DNA of 64,000 bases from Lepidodermella squamata (taxonomy: Eukaryota; Animalia; Gastrotricha), in assembly GCA_047495785.1 (NCBI GenBank), contig JBLDXI010000018.1, positions 124,001-188,000 of the forward strand, written 5' to 3'. Positions 1 to 11,663 of this stretch are shown here, piece by piece. Made by a program: the position numbers and the translations under genes. Within the stretch, counting starts at the first letter, position 1. The number at the start of each line of letters is the position of its first letter. The notes below the pieces were generated by a model. It ran no database searches, was not told where the DNA came from, and was given only the letters and a program-made list of their open reading frames with translations.

Positions 1-142
1 AAGCTCCATAAGTGATGCTGCCGGCAACCTCTTCATCGATCGAATGGTAGCAGGATAGCCCCCGATGCGTCGCAGTTGCATAACAGAAAAGGGTAACAAA
101 CAAGAAACCACCGAGTCCTGGGCTAAACGCTGGCCGGGACAT
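1..142 (-). CDS. 5' end of a Ly6/uPAR-like (three-finger-like) family member, truncated by the window edge (LU-0)
   Basis: Not in ORF track. Minus strand from ATG at 142 reads MSRPAFSPGLGGFLFVTLFCYATATHRGLSCYHSIDEEVAGSITYGA: signal-peptide-like segment followed by LSCY, as in the adjacent paralogs. Confidence 0.65.
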   Translation of the reverse strand, partial: MSRPAFSPGLGGFLFVTLFCYATATHRGLSCYHSIDEEVAGSITYGA

Positions 143-585
143 TGCTAAGCAGTTTTTCGCAGCTCAAAAAGTAATATGTATCTGTATTTGATTGCGATGA
201 CAAGCAAGCCTTTCGTCGCTATAGGCTACGCACCCTTTTCATACGACGGGCTTTGATGATCGAACGGCTTTTCAATTCGGGTAAACGCGTGAGACTGTTT
301 TGTCAAAAAGCGTCGTGGTAATTGAGATCAAAACGCAAAGAAATGGATACACATAAACGCAATACGGGAGGTACCTATGCGTTGCTTGTTTACAAAAAGT
401 GGTACAGTAACATTGAATTGAAGATGCGCATACAGCTATTTCCTGTAATCGCAACACTAATGCGGGGTGCTGGTCCATGTTGCGATAGAAAATGGTTGAG
501 ATGAAAGATGAGAAATGGCTGACTAACGAGTTCTCTGCGCGGTTAACCATCCAGCAAGATGGCTTTAATAACGTTTTTTGGAAAA

Positions 586-1807
586 ATGAATGTTAGTTGG
601 TTCTCTGTCGGTTTCTTTTTAGGGTTTCTACATATAATAGAACCAACCGAAGGTCAGAGCGAAATTCTCCTGCGCTTTCAATTTTTTATGCAATTTTTTC
701 TCACAGGAATAGCATGCTTCGCTCACTCGACTACGAGAAGCATAGCTGCAGGTAAAACAGAGTCTGCTGCAGTCTCGAAAGGTTGCTCTGAATGCAGAGT
801 AAGAACGATTTAAGAACTAAACTTTAACGATCTATTTTTACTTTTTTTTTATTTTCGTAGAAATCTTTCTCAAAATACAACGCTTCTGGGGTTCTTACCA
901 TAACAGAACGTTGGCAATGTGAAACCAGTAGCAGATCTGCCACTGGACCTCGTCACGAAACCGTTTCGCTGACCTATTTTACAGGTACCTTCAACGAGAC
1001 ACCAGAACCCTTGTCTTGAAATACCTTTTCCAGACGTTTCGACCGAAATTCGTCAGTGTAATTGCTTCAGCGACTTGTGCAACTCTCTTGATGATTCCTT
1101 TTGTGGCGAGAGTAACACGTGGATAAGACGGCTCAAGTCTATCATCGACCAGCCGGAGTATAACAAACCAGTCAAGGCAAATAGTCGGCAGTGTTACAAG
1201 GCAACAAATAGCCGAGCAAGTGCCGGCTTCGATCCAACAGGAACCTACGAGGCTGAACGTGCTGATAGCTCAGCTTTTTCCTTTGAGAGATCAGCAAACA
1301 TCTCGAGAAATTGCAAGGAATGCAAGGTAAGCTGATACCCATAATTCGATATGGAACTTTGAATGGGGATTTCTCTAGAGATCAACACTAACATCGTACA
1401 ACAATGATGGTGTTCTTACTAATGACAAACGCGAATGGGAATGTACTTCGAGTCTCGGTGGCGGGTCTTTTGATAGCAAGAAGAAGCAATGCGTTCCTTC
1501 GATAGTTGCAACGGTTTCGACTGACGGCCGGTCTTTCTGGCGATCGGCTTGCACGTGCTGCAACGACCGTTGTAATGACGAGAGATTTTGCACCCTACAA
1601 TCAGCGACTTACAGCGGCGTTGATGGGCCCGAGCACGGAGTTCACGATCACAACATTGTCGAGGCGAGGTCCTTCCTAGCCAAGGCTAACCCTGGAGGAA
1701 AGCAGACGCTGATGCAGCGACGGAAAACCAATGGGATTGATGGTCGAAAACTCGCGTGTTACTCATTGATTCTGGCGGGACTGTTGGTTACGACTTTCGT
1801 AAAGTGA
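586..1807 (+). CDS. Two-domain Ly6/uPAR (three-finger/quiver)-like Cys-rich surface protein LU-1, spliced
   Basis: Signal peptide (ATG 586, alternative 559); introns 653-706, 799-860, 985-1033, ~1327-1378; domains end CNCFSDLCN and CTCCNDRCN; hydrophobic C-terminus LACYSLILAGLLVTTFVK*; TGA 1805-1807. Confidence 0.75.
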
Positions 1808-2427
1808 CTTTAAACTGTTTTGTCCTCGTTGTTCGTTGGTATGGATTTCCGTGTCTCCCTCTTCAGAGTAGTAAATCGTGATGTTTCAAACGTTGATGCA
1901 TTCTTTCTTTTCTGAGTCTTGTGAGATCCTTTTACATAAGGATTTCGTACAGGAGGAGGGCGATATATGTTAGTGTTTCGCATAGTGCTCATTACAAGAG
2001 TTACTTGATGAGACAGAACATTCTTGGCTGAAAAAGAATTTGGCCACACTTCATTAAAATATTCCCGCCATCCCTATGCAACTCGGTATTCCGGAAAGTT
2101 AAGCTCCGATAGTTTTAAAAAATGAACAGCAGCAACGAATTCTCACATTTGTTGAATCCCACAGCCAATTCAAATTATTGAATCGGCAATCAGCCTTCAT
2201 CCTTTATACGTGTATGTCCATCTCAGGAAACATATGTTCGCATGTAATGATGGATGCCTCACTTTTCGTGGTAAGTAAACACTTTACAAGATAGTGCGCG
2301 CGATAAGGTGAGGAATTGATGAGCGCCTGTGAGCAAACACTCGGCCGCGTAAGTCGAGTGGCGTCGCGCGCACACCCCTCGCATCACTATCTCGCTGTTC
2401 GCACACAACCCTCTGTTAACCGTGAAA

Positions 2428-3445
2428 ATGTCTCGCTGCCTCATCACTGCGATAGCTATGGCTGCTATTGTGCTACCCCGATCAGCTGAAGGTTTGCTCG
2501 AATTCTTAATGGGGTTTCTGAATTTCGAATTTCTTTTCCTAGGTATCGATTGCTATACCTATCAAAACGGCTCCATCAACATGACTATCGAGACTGGCTG
2601 CTCAGAATGCAGAGTAAGCTCCCTAAATAAAATCAGAGGATTAAGGCGTAAAATTGTTTATTTGCAATAGAAAATGTACCTCAAATTTAACATGACGAAA
2701 GAAGGCTTCCAAGCAGAATCTGCGGAGGGGTGGTACTGTGAGCGTAACGTTAGGACAAGCCTTTGCCCCGATTTAGAAACAATATCTGTCTCTTACTACG
2801 CCGATGGTCGGTCAGAGACTCGTATTTGCTCTTGCTGCACTGATTACTGCAATGGGGCTAAACAATTTTGCGATGAGAAGAATCAAATAGTCCGTAAAAT
2901 CAAAGGCATGGTCGCAAATCAACAGCCATCGCATCCAAGAAGCAAATTCTTGCCGAAAAAGTTTAGATCGAGGTTCAATTACGGCACTTTGTTCTGCTAC
3001 AACAACACCGAGGCTTCTGAGAGATTGCTAATCGATGGTTGTAAAGAGTGTAGGGTAAGCATTTTGGTTTCTCATATTGAATATATTTATCCTAAGGACA
3101 TTTCAGAAAGTAACTTTGCAGACTAAAACTTGCGGGGAGATTGACAAGGACGAGCAGATCTGGGAATGTGTTAATGACGACGAATTTCCTTTCAACATTC
3201 AGCCGAGAAGTAGTCGGAGTCGAAATTCTGACTGTTCGCCGTTTGTCTCAGCCGTGGTTTCAACGGACGGGTCATCCTTGGTCGAGGCAACTTGCACGTG
3301 TTGCCAGGATGGTTGCAACGATGCTAATTTCTGCAAATACAACAAAATTTCCAATGTGCTAATATCTGAAGGCCCTTCTCGGAGACTAGCTGCATTTTCT
3401 CCTATTCTTATTTCAACCATAATTTTTCACTACTCCTTATCATAG
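2428..3445 (+). CDS. Two-domain Ly6/uPAR-like Cys-rich surface protein LU-2, spliced
   Basis: MSRCLITAIAMAAIVLPRSAEG|IDCY..GCSECR|..CSCCTDYCN..LFCY..GCKECR|..CTCCQDGCN; hydrophobic tail resembling a GPI signal. Confidence 0.8.
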
Positions 3446-3747
3446 AATAAATTGAATAGATTAGAATAAATCATAGATTGAGACTTCGCTATTTAATTGA
3501 AGCAGTCGTCACTAACTAGTAGAGCTGCCGAATTCGTGTCAACAAGGTGTTTCCATTCAATGAGAAAGCGGGAGAACAATGAAAAATCTTGTTACTTGTA
3601 GCTTCATTCCCCGCTGGCCGTAGCAGCGACTGTGAAGGCACGTGCATTGTTACAGCAACGTAGTGCTCGCCTAATGAGTGGAGGATAATTTAGTAGTAGT
3701 GATAAGGCGCTACAACCGCCTCGTTGCTAATATTTCGTGCAGTAAGT

Positions 3748-5058
3748 ATGAATTTGCTGTTCAAGTTGGCTATAGCCGCAGCGATTTGCTTCGTAGCCGA
3801 TTTCCTCGAGCCTGTTCATGGTATGGGGCTGGCTTAATATCGCTGAATTGTTTATGTTACCCTGAATCCTCCAATAGGAGTTTCATGCTATACCTACTAC
3901 ACAAATTCAACGGTCCCTGACGAAACATACGCCTCCGCTTTATTTCAATTAAATGCGACTTTGGTGCAAGGCTGTTCAGCTTGCACGGTAAAACTTCGAA
4001 ACATGCTAATTCTCTGAACTATATTTTCATAATTCAGAAATTCTACCTGAAGACGAAAAATTCAACATCAGAGCGCTGGGACTGTGAAACAGAGGGTGAT
4101 GCTAGCTTGTGCCGGGAATATGTCGATGCGACTTTCCATACGGTTGGAAATATAAATGAGACTCGAATGTGCACCTGCTGCGGGTATTTCATCTGATAAA
4201 ATTTATTTATAACTTGATGAATTTTGAATTATAGGAATTCGTGCAACAATTACAATTTCTGCTCCGACAAATCTGAATATATCCGCAGGATTAGATCTGT
4301 TCTTTTCGATAAGGACCTAAGTGAGTTCATCCTGATATGATAGTCTCTTCCAGTCTTTACTGCTAAATTTAGCCTCGACAACTTCGCTAAGCACTCCATC
4401 AGCCGGGAACTCTAGCTCAACTACATCTGGGATTCAGACCACAGAATCTACAACTGGTTCCTCTCCAAGTAGTCCCATGCCCAATACTACACAATCCTTA
4501 ATCGGAAATCCTCTGATTTGCTACAGCTTTCAAACGAATGATTTACGGCCAAAATCACCTGGCAGCTTTATAAACGCAAGTGGGGTCGTGAAAGGTTGCA
4601 AAAATTGCAAGGTGACCTGCCAATTTGAAACCAAGCCAGAATTTATTTTGTAATTTTGATAGAAAACATCTGTGTTCACGGCAACTTATTCTTACCGAAT
4701 GGAGTCAGAATGCGAGACCTCTTACTCTCTCACAGACCCAACAACTCCATTATGCGACGAATGGATAGGGGGAAGGCTTTATCTAAGTGGAAATTCTGCA
4801 TCAAACAGCCGACAATCTCATCTCATCTGTTCCTGCTGTTCTGATAAATGCAACGATCCGGAGGGGTTTTGCAACCTCGAGCTGATTACCGGAATGTTAG
4901 ACCCAAGAACTGTGGCTAAAGTCGCGCCACGTGAAGACAATTCAGGATCTAAACGGACTAATGTAGTGAGCGGAGGAAATTCGCTACAAATAGGCAACAA
5001 TTTCAGCTTATTGTTAACTTTTGCTGTGCTGCTGAGTGGGAGGTGTACCGGGACATGA
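3748..5058 (+). CDS. Two-domain Ly6/uPAR-like Cys-rich surface protein LU-3 with Ser/Thr-rich linker, spliced
   Basis: ATG 3748 MNLLFKLAIAAAICFVADFLEPVHG|VSCY..GCSACT|..CTCC|(x)NSCN..; S/T linker ~4372-4500; LICY..GCKNCK|..CSCCSDKCN; tail FSLLLTFAVLLSG. Confidence 0.75.
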
Positions 5059-5551
5059 CATACGCATTTGCACCAATATCGAGCCGAAAGAATGGTTACT
5101 GATATCGATTTTTGGCCAATCAATCAAACTCCACCGACAAATATGAAAATAGTGCCTTTATTTATTATTTTCGTATTTATCATGGAAAGTTGTAACCCTA
5201 AATTGATTTCAGGAAGTTTTACACGTTGAACACGATGAAGTAAAGTTTTGATGGCATATCTAGTTGAACCGCCAACGCATTTTTTCAAGTGAAGAAGCGC
5301 AGCATTCCACACACAACAGACGAAAAAACTTGATGAAACAATGCAGGCCTTTGTTTCTGATGCCCATTGTAAACGAAAGTAGATGAAAAGTACGCATCAG
5401 ACTGCGAAGTGAGCTGCGATTCACAAGGGATCTACGCGAATGAGCCGTCATTGAGAAGGCGCTATTTAAAAACAACAAAGAAGATGCGCGCGCGCGCGCT
5501 TTGCGGCTGTTGTTCATTTTTGTTTACTTTTCGCTCGCAGTATTTTCAAAA

Positions 5552-6582
5552 ATGCACTTTCGAGCGCTGGTTATCGTTGCGCTTTTAAACTTCTGCCCGA
5601 AAAGCGCCTCTGCGCTTTCTTGCTATGTTTACAATACAACAAGCTCATCAATCACATCCGAAATTTTTCTAAAATCTGCTTCAATAGTTACTGGCTGCAA
5701 AAGCTGTCAGGTATATTAGATTTATCAAATAATGAAGTTTCTCGTATTTGTCTCTGTATTAACAGAAAACTGTGAGTAAATCCGTAGTTGATGGAACTAC
5801 AGCTCAGAGCCACCTCTGGCAATGTGACATGATCTCAGTTTCAGTGGAGTGTCGCGATACAGTTTACGCTTCTTTTTTCGGCGACGGTCTGACCGAGTCA
5901 CGAATTTGCGCTTGCTGTAAAGATTCGTGCAATGGCGTCAATTACTGTGATGACACGAACGAGTACATCGTTCGGATAAGGCAGGCCCTGAAAGGATCGA
6001 CAAAGCCAACGGCTGCGATTAAGAGCGATATTGAATGCTACAGCGGATTACCTCAGAACGGAGCTGCCTTTGCCACGTCTACAAAACTTATTGGACCTTG
6101 TAAAGAGTGCAAGGTGAGACTAAACCAGGCGATAGCTTTAAAATATTTGCAATTTGAAAATGCAACCAAAAATTCAAAAAATGTAAAAAATTATGGGTTT
6201 TACACCGATGCTTTCCTTCTATTAGAAAACAAGCCAGCTCAACATTATGCCATCGGTTAATATGACATTCGCCTCGGACGAATACACCTGCAGCGCTTCC
6301 TATTCCGGCGGAACTGATAAATGTCGTAATTACATAGCAGCCACGATAGCCACAGATGGAACATCCCAAAGTTCTTACTGCACTTGCTGCGACAATCAAT
6401 GCAACAGCGAGTCATTCTGTAAATTATCCGGCAGCTTTGACAATAGCAACAGCAATCTAGCTACCACGCCTGGCTCTCTCTTAAATGCGACAACAATGGC
6501 AAGCAGGACTAGCCATGGCAACACGGCGCGGGCCAACTTACTCACACTGGCTGTAATCACCCTGCTGAAAACGGCCATGTGA
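5552..6582 (+). CDS. Two-domain Ly6/uPAR-like Cys-rich surface protein LU-4, spliced
   Basis: MHFRALVIVALLNFCPKSASALSCY..GCKSCQ|..CACCKDSCN..IECY..PCKECK|..CTCCDNQCN; tail LLTLAVITLLKTAM. Confidence 0.8.
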
Positions 6583-6729
6583 ATGACTGTTTACGCGCGC
6601 GCGCTGACAATTCAGAAAAATAAATCCAGAGGTTTTTGAAAAAATTGTTTTTCATTTCAAATCAATGGTCACTGCTGTTGAGAGAAAGATTATACCTTAG
6701 ACCTAAATTCTGTTTCTGGAAGAGCAACC

Positions 6730-7844
6730 ATGGGAAGAATTTGCTTTGTAGTTATGCTAATGGTACTGCTTGCATTGTTTAAGCGATCTGACGCGTTATC
6801 TTGCTATTCTTACGACTCATTTGCTGAGGTTGAAGATGACGTCAAATCTTTCGGCATCCCTTCAACCGTGAATACAACTTCTTTCGTGAAAGTTGCCAAA
6901 TTAGCGAGAAACTGCTCAGCATGCAAGGTGAGTAAGCCCAGACTTTCAACTTGAAAATCCATCAAATTATCTCTGTGAAGAAAACGTCAACGAGAACAAG
7001 TGCTTTCGGAATGGTTCCGGTTGTCGAAAGTTGGATTTGCGAGCCGATAAGGCGCGATCACCTATACACTTGCAAGGCATCAGTTTACGTCACTTACTCA
7101 TCTGGAGGCCGTGGCCTGGTCAACTCGAAAACTTGCACCTGCTGCTCAGATGCCTGCAATGACGCGTCTTTCTGCAACGAAACCACGCCTCTCGTTGTTA
7201 AGATGAAATCAATGATAGCGGCTTCAGTTTCCCGCCAGGATGATACGAAACCAATAAGGTGTTTCAATGTCTCTATCAGCAGTGGCGATTCTAACAAGAC
7301 AACCTTCGAAAAAAGCGCCAAAATAATCCGAGATTGCAAGGAGTGTAGGGTAATCTTTCTTAAAATCTGGCATTTATCCTTTTTTGCAATAACTTTTCTA
7401 TAGAAAACATCCTTGGCCATGAAATTGAGTGGAGGCTCAACGATATCTGAAGATCAGTGGGAGTGCGGGAAATCTTTCAGATCGGCAACCCCCGATGGGA
7501 GATGCGTTTCCCAAGTTACCGGGCACGTGTTTCTCGACGGATCTTTCTCGAATTTTCAATGTTCATGTTGCTCAGAGGCCTGCAACGGAGCGGGGTTTTG
7601 CTCCCTTCTCGAAGCGGCAGTCAGCCAGGCTAAATCAGCTGTTCCAGCAAGGAATCTTGGCCTGAAAGTAGCTACTCCGAATTTAATGACCACTGTTAAG
7701 TCTAACATCACAATGCAGTCTTCGAGTCCTTTAGTGAGTAAAAAGAAGATCCATCGGTGGAGGACCACCTCATCTTCCAGCCGGTCGAATTTTAACTTTC
7801 TACTCGTTTGCGCATCTGTCTTAATGCTAAATAAAATTGCCTAA
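6730..7844 (+). CDS. Two-domain Ly6/uPAR-like Cys-rich surface protein LU-5, spliced
   Basis: MGRICFVVMLMVLLALFKRSDALSCY..NCSACK|..CTCCSDACN..IRCF..DCKECR|..CSCCSEACN; tail FLLVCASVLML. Confidence 0.8.
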
Positions 7845-7950
7845 TATTTATCACTTGAATATATATTATCAAAAATCAACTGTTGAAAATGCATCTCATT
7901 TATTTTTGACCTTAACTCTTGTAGAAAACGTTCGAACACGTTATACGTCA

Positions 7951-9558
7951 TCAGGCAGCACTAGTTTGCTGGTCGGTACTACTAGCTTTGTGCGCCAGAT
8001 GGAGGTCATTCTCGCACAAATTCGGGCTCTCCTCAGTAGCAGGTGTCTCGGCATCAATAACTGATGGCCCAACAACTGGTTGCTCAGCCTCCTCGGCCAA
8101 TTCATTCCCAGGTTCCATTGATTCAGGCTTAGGACTGCGCGCTTCAGCTGACATGTCCACCGAGGGTTGCCTTGACGCCATTTTGAAGCGTTTCAGCGCT
8201 CCAGGGCCGCCGACTTGGGTTAATTTTGCAAAAATAAATGTAGTAGCTCCGCCGGCTAGCATAGCTGCCTCTGAGCTGCGTGGCTCGAAGACTTGCTCAT
8301 CACCGGGTGTCAACAGTTTCTTCGCCACTGATTGCCGCTGAGAAGAGGTGGTATCCCGATCGCATTTCACGCTAGGCCTACTCACAGCGCTTCCACCAGG
8401 CCTCGAATGGCCCTCGCGGTACAACGCAGCGTAGTAAAGCAGTGAGTTAAACGCTGGGTTGGTCGAAGCGAGAAAGATGAAGAAGCGCAGGATAATCATT
8501 TCGCTAGACGACAGGCTTGGATACGCACGGAAAAAGTGAACCAGTTGAAAGACTACTATAGGCGTCCAGCACGTGAAATGAACTACTTGAATGACAATCG
8601 ATAGCAGCGTAACGCTACGCCGCCGTTTTTCAGCCCTTTCCAGTCGTTTTGAAGTCGTTGCTGCTAGAGTCGATAACCGCTTGTTGCCATTCCCGTTCTT
8701 CTCAAGAAGCGCTGTAGATAGCCGGGTCGATCTTTCGGCTGATGATTTCATCATAAAAACTTTGGCTACGATCTGGCCGTAGCAGAACGGGAAAAGAACC
8801 GCTGGGATAACTAGCAGCACAACAGTAGATTGAAGGACTTTGTAAGACTCGATAAATTCTCGCGACAGGACGTAGGACGCTTCCTCTTCCTCCTCATCTT
8901 GAGCCATGACCGTGCAAACTAAATTTTTCTCGTCGAATTCATATTGATCGTGGCTGATTGCTATAATCGAATTCATGCTAAGAGGTATTAGCCAAACCAC
9001 GGCGATAGCGCTCAGGGCTATCGGTCGCCTCAGCAGAGGATTTGGCTTAAATGGATGAATGACACTTATGTAACGTTCGATTGCGATAAGGCACAGAGTT
9101 AAGGAGATGGCGTCTGGAAAACACATTTGCACAACCGGGAATAGTTTACATATCACCCGGCCGAAATGCCAAAATGGCGTCCAGGTTTGAACCAAGTTGA
9201 ATGGTACATTAATAACAGGCCATAGAACATCTGTAACTAGAAGGCATACCACGTAAGGATTCGTAACCAGCGGAATTCGGTTTTTCCTCTTTGAGATAAG
9301 CTGCTGGATCGTTATGATGTTGAGGATAATTACTACGATGAGATTGGCGATGTAGAGAACGGTCAGTGTCCACTGAAGAGGCGCGTCTTCGTTTGCGTAG
9401 GAGGATTGCTGATCTTCCGCGTTGCTCGAGGCTCCCAGGCCCAGTCCACCCTGGATCATTCTGCCTTCTATGTAAGACCCGTCATCTTCGTACAACTCGT
9501 CGAGGGGGTCGGCGGTTGTCGACTCTATTTGCGGAGCCTGTCTGATAACAGTAGACAT
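7951..9558 (-). CDS. Rhodopsin-class (class A) GPCR, peptide-receptor-like, intronless
   Basis: 535 aa, 7 hydrophobic segments, TM2 D, WHFGRVICK, IAIERY, TM5 P..CY, CWTP, TM7 NPAFNSLLY. Confidence 0.9.
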   Translation of the reverse strand: MSTVIRQAPQIESTTADPLDELYEDDGSYIEGRMIQGGLGLGASSNAEDQQSSYANEDAPLQWTLTVLYIANLIVVIILNIITIQQLISKRKNRIPLVTNPYVVCLLVTDVLWPVINVPFNLVQTWTPFWHFGRVICKLFPVVQMCFPDAISLTLCLIAIERYISVIHPFKPNPLLRRPIALSAIAVVWLIPLSMNSIIAISHDQYEFDEKNLVCTVMAQDEEEEEASYVLSREFIESYKVLQSTVVLLVIPAVLFPFCYGQIVAKVFMMKSSAERSTRLSTALLEKNGNGNKRLSTLAATTSKRLERAEKRRRSVTLLSIVIQVVHFTCWTPIVVFQLVHFFRAYPSLSSSEMIILRFFIFLASTNPAFNSLLYYAALYREGHSRPGGSAVSRPSVKCDRDTTSSQRQSVAKKLLTPGDEQVFEPRSSEAAMLAGGATTFIFAKLTQVGGPGALKRFKMASRQPSVDMSAEARSPKPESMEPGNELAEEAEQPVVGPSVIDAETPATEESPNLCENDLHLAHKASSTDQQTSAA

Positions 9559-11663
9559 GTTGCTCCGACCTTCACTAGTCAGCGTATTTCATTTTAAAAG
9601 TCGCCTCGTGAAGCCACCCTTAGCAAATAAATACATTACAAAATAATCACCTAGTAAATATTAAGCGTTCATTTATAAACCTGACAAGGCTACAGCAGCC
9701 ACACTTAAAGTTAGGGAATAAAGCAAAATCAAAAGGAGCACCTAGAGCGGAGATATTCGGAGATATGGCAACCAAATCATCGGAAATTAAACACATTTTC
9801 CGGTTGATCGTGACATGGCTATTATTGGGACGACCTCCAAACATCTTTCAATACAAATATGTTACCAATAAAGAATTGAACAGAGCTATTCTGAGGGAAA
9901 TGATTAAGATGGTTCTCACGTACTGCCCGATATGCTGTGTATTAGTACACAGTAAAATCGTTATTTGATGAAAATCTGAAGTATCCTCAATTTTGCCTAT
10001 CGGGCACATCCTAGATTGAAGGTTCTCTTTCTCTACGACTGAAGAACTCAAGTAGCTCTGATGATATAGGAGACAATTAATAGATTAAGGTGAGTTCTTG
10101 AATGGGTATAGTATAATTGGGATGATGTGAAGAACTTGGCTATGAAGAAACAGCCAGAGCGATTACAGGTGGCGAAAAATAGAACTTCAGTCTGATTTTC
10201 TTCCGCTCGGGATTCGACAGACTGTGGTTTCAAAATATTTGCGCACTACTTGTTATTGAAACGTGACTCATGCTTGATTATTTCAGAGGTTAGCAAGTTA
10301 ATATTTTTTATTATTTGCTCATAATCCGATATGGCTCTATAATAAAAGTAGTACCGCGGCCTCGCATCATTTAATCGCTGCGATAAGGTAACCAAAACCA
10401 TCGCAGAGGAAGTGCGCGCTCCGATCAGCCAACGCAAAACACACACTCGCGGCGGCCAGGGCTGAAAGCACAGGCATAAGTATACACACATAACCAACAT
10501 ACCGGAAATACTACAGTGCAATGAATGCAGTTTTCTAATGGCATGAACTGAAAGCTGGTCACTCATCATCAGCCCTCATCTGGTACATGATTCCTGCAGA
10601 CACATATAAGTTGTGTCACAAAAAGGGGTGCTGATTTTATATTTAGCCGCTTATTTTATTGTTGAATCGACAAATGCAAGCTATAATGTATAAAAAATGC
10701 TATATATTTTACTAAATGTGAGACCGGCGCCTTTTCATCTTCAAATCAAGCGGGCGTATCCGCTCCGCTGCGATTTATTGCTATAAAAGAAACACACTTA
10801 TTCTTAGCGTAAAGAGACATTGTACAATAAAACCTCGGATTTCCTATCGTAATACTTGAAGAAGCGAAAAGCGAATGAGTGTGCTGATGGTAAAAGCACT
10901 GATTTCTTACGCCTTTAAATCCCTATGGGATATCGTAGACGTGTTTAATTGCTTCCTCGCATCTCACAGTTCTGTCTTCACATTGGCTAGATAAAAGCCC
11001 TAATTTGGGAAATTTCAATTTTTATTAAAACCATGTGATTGGGAGCATGGTGGGAAGAATCTTATCATGTTCAATCGTGATTGTTGGTCAATCAATATAA
11101 ACTCAAGCTTCATTGGAAAAAGGCTAGATAATTTCTGTTATAACATGTGAATAAAACCGGTTAACAAAAGAGATGTGGCTTTATTACCTCGCCGCTATGT
11201 AAAAAAAATAAAGCAGCCCGAGGCGAGCGGCTGGTGCTAGGCTAGTAGCATTGCGTCGGGGCATTTAAATTTTAATAAAGCGAATCGATGCCTACCACAA
11301 CGACAGCCCAGTATTTCCCCTGCCTCGATGGCGAAAAATTGTGTATTCGAATTACAGCACCACTGTGCTGCATGTAGTAAGCTACAAAGACCAGGAAATG
11401 CCTAGCTAATCAGCCGCGCTCATTCTGATGTGTCGATATTATGCGATATAAAACATGAATTTTAATGAAATGAAATGCGTGTATAATGGTAATGAAATAA
11501 CGATATCATTCGCGTGTGATGGGATGCACTTCTAAACAACGCAAAAAAAACTGGAGCGGACGATAATGGAATCGAATTCGATCGCTGTAACGCATCAGTT
11601 GACTAATGTCCCGAATACAACAATTTTATCTGGTTTTATTTATCAAACCAAGCATGCAACATT

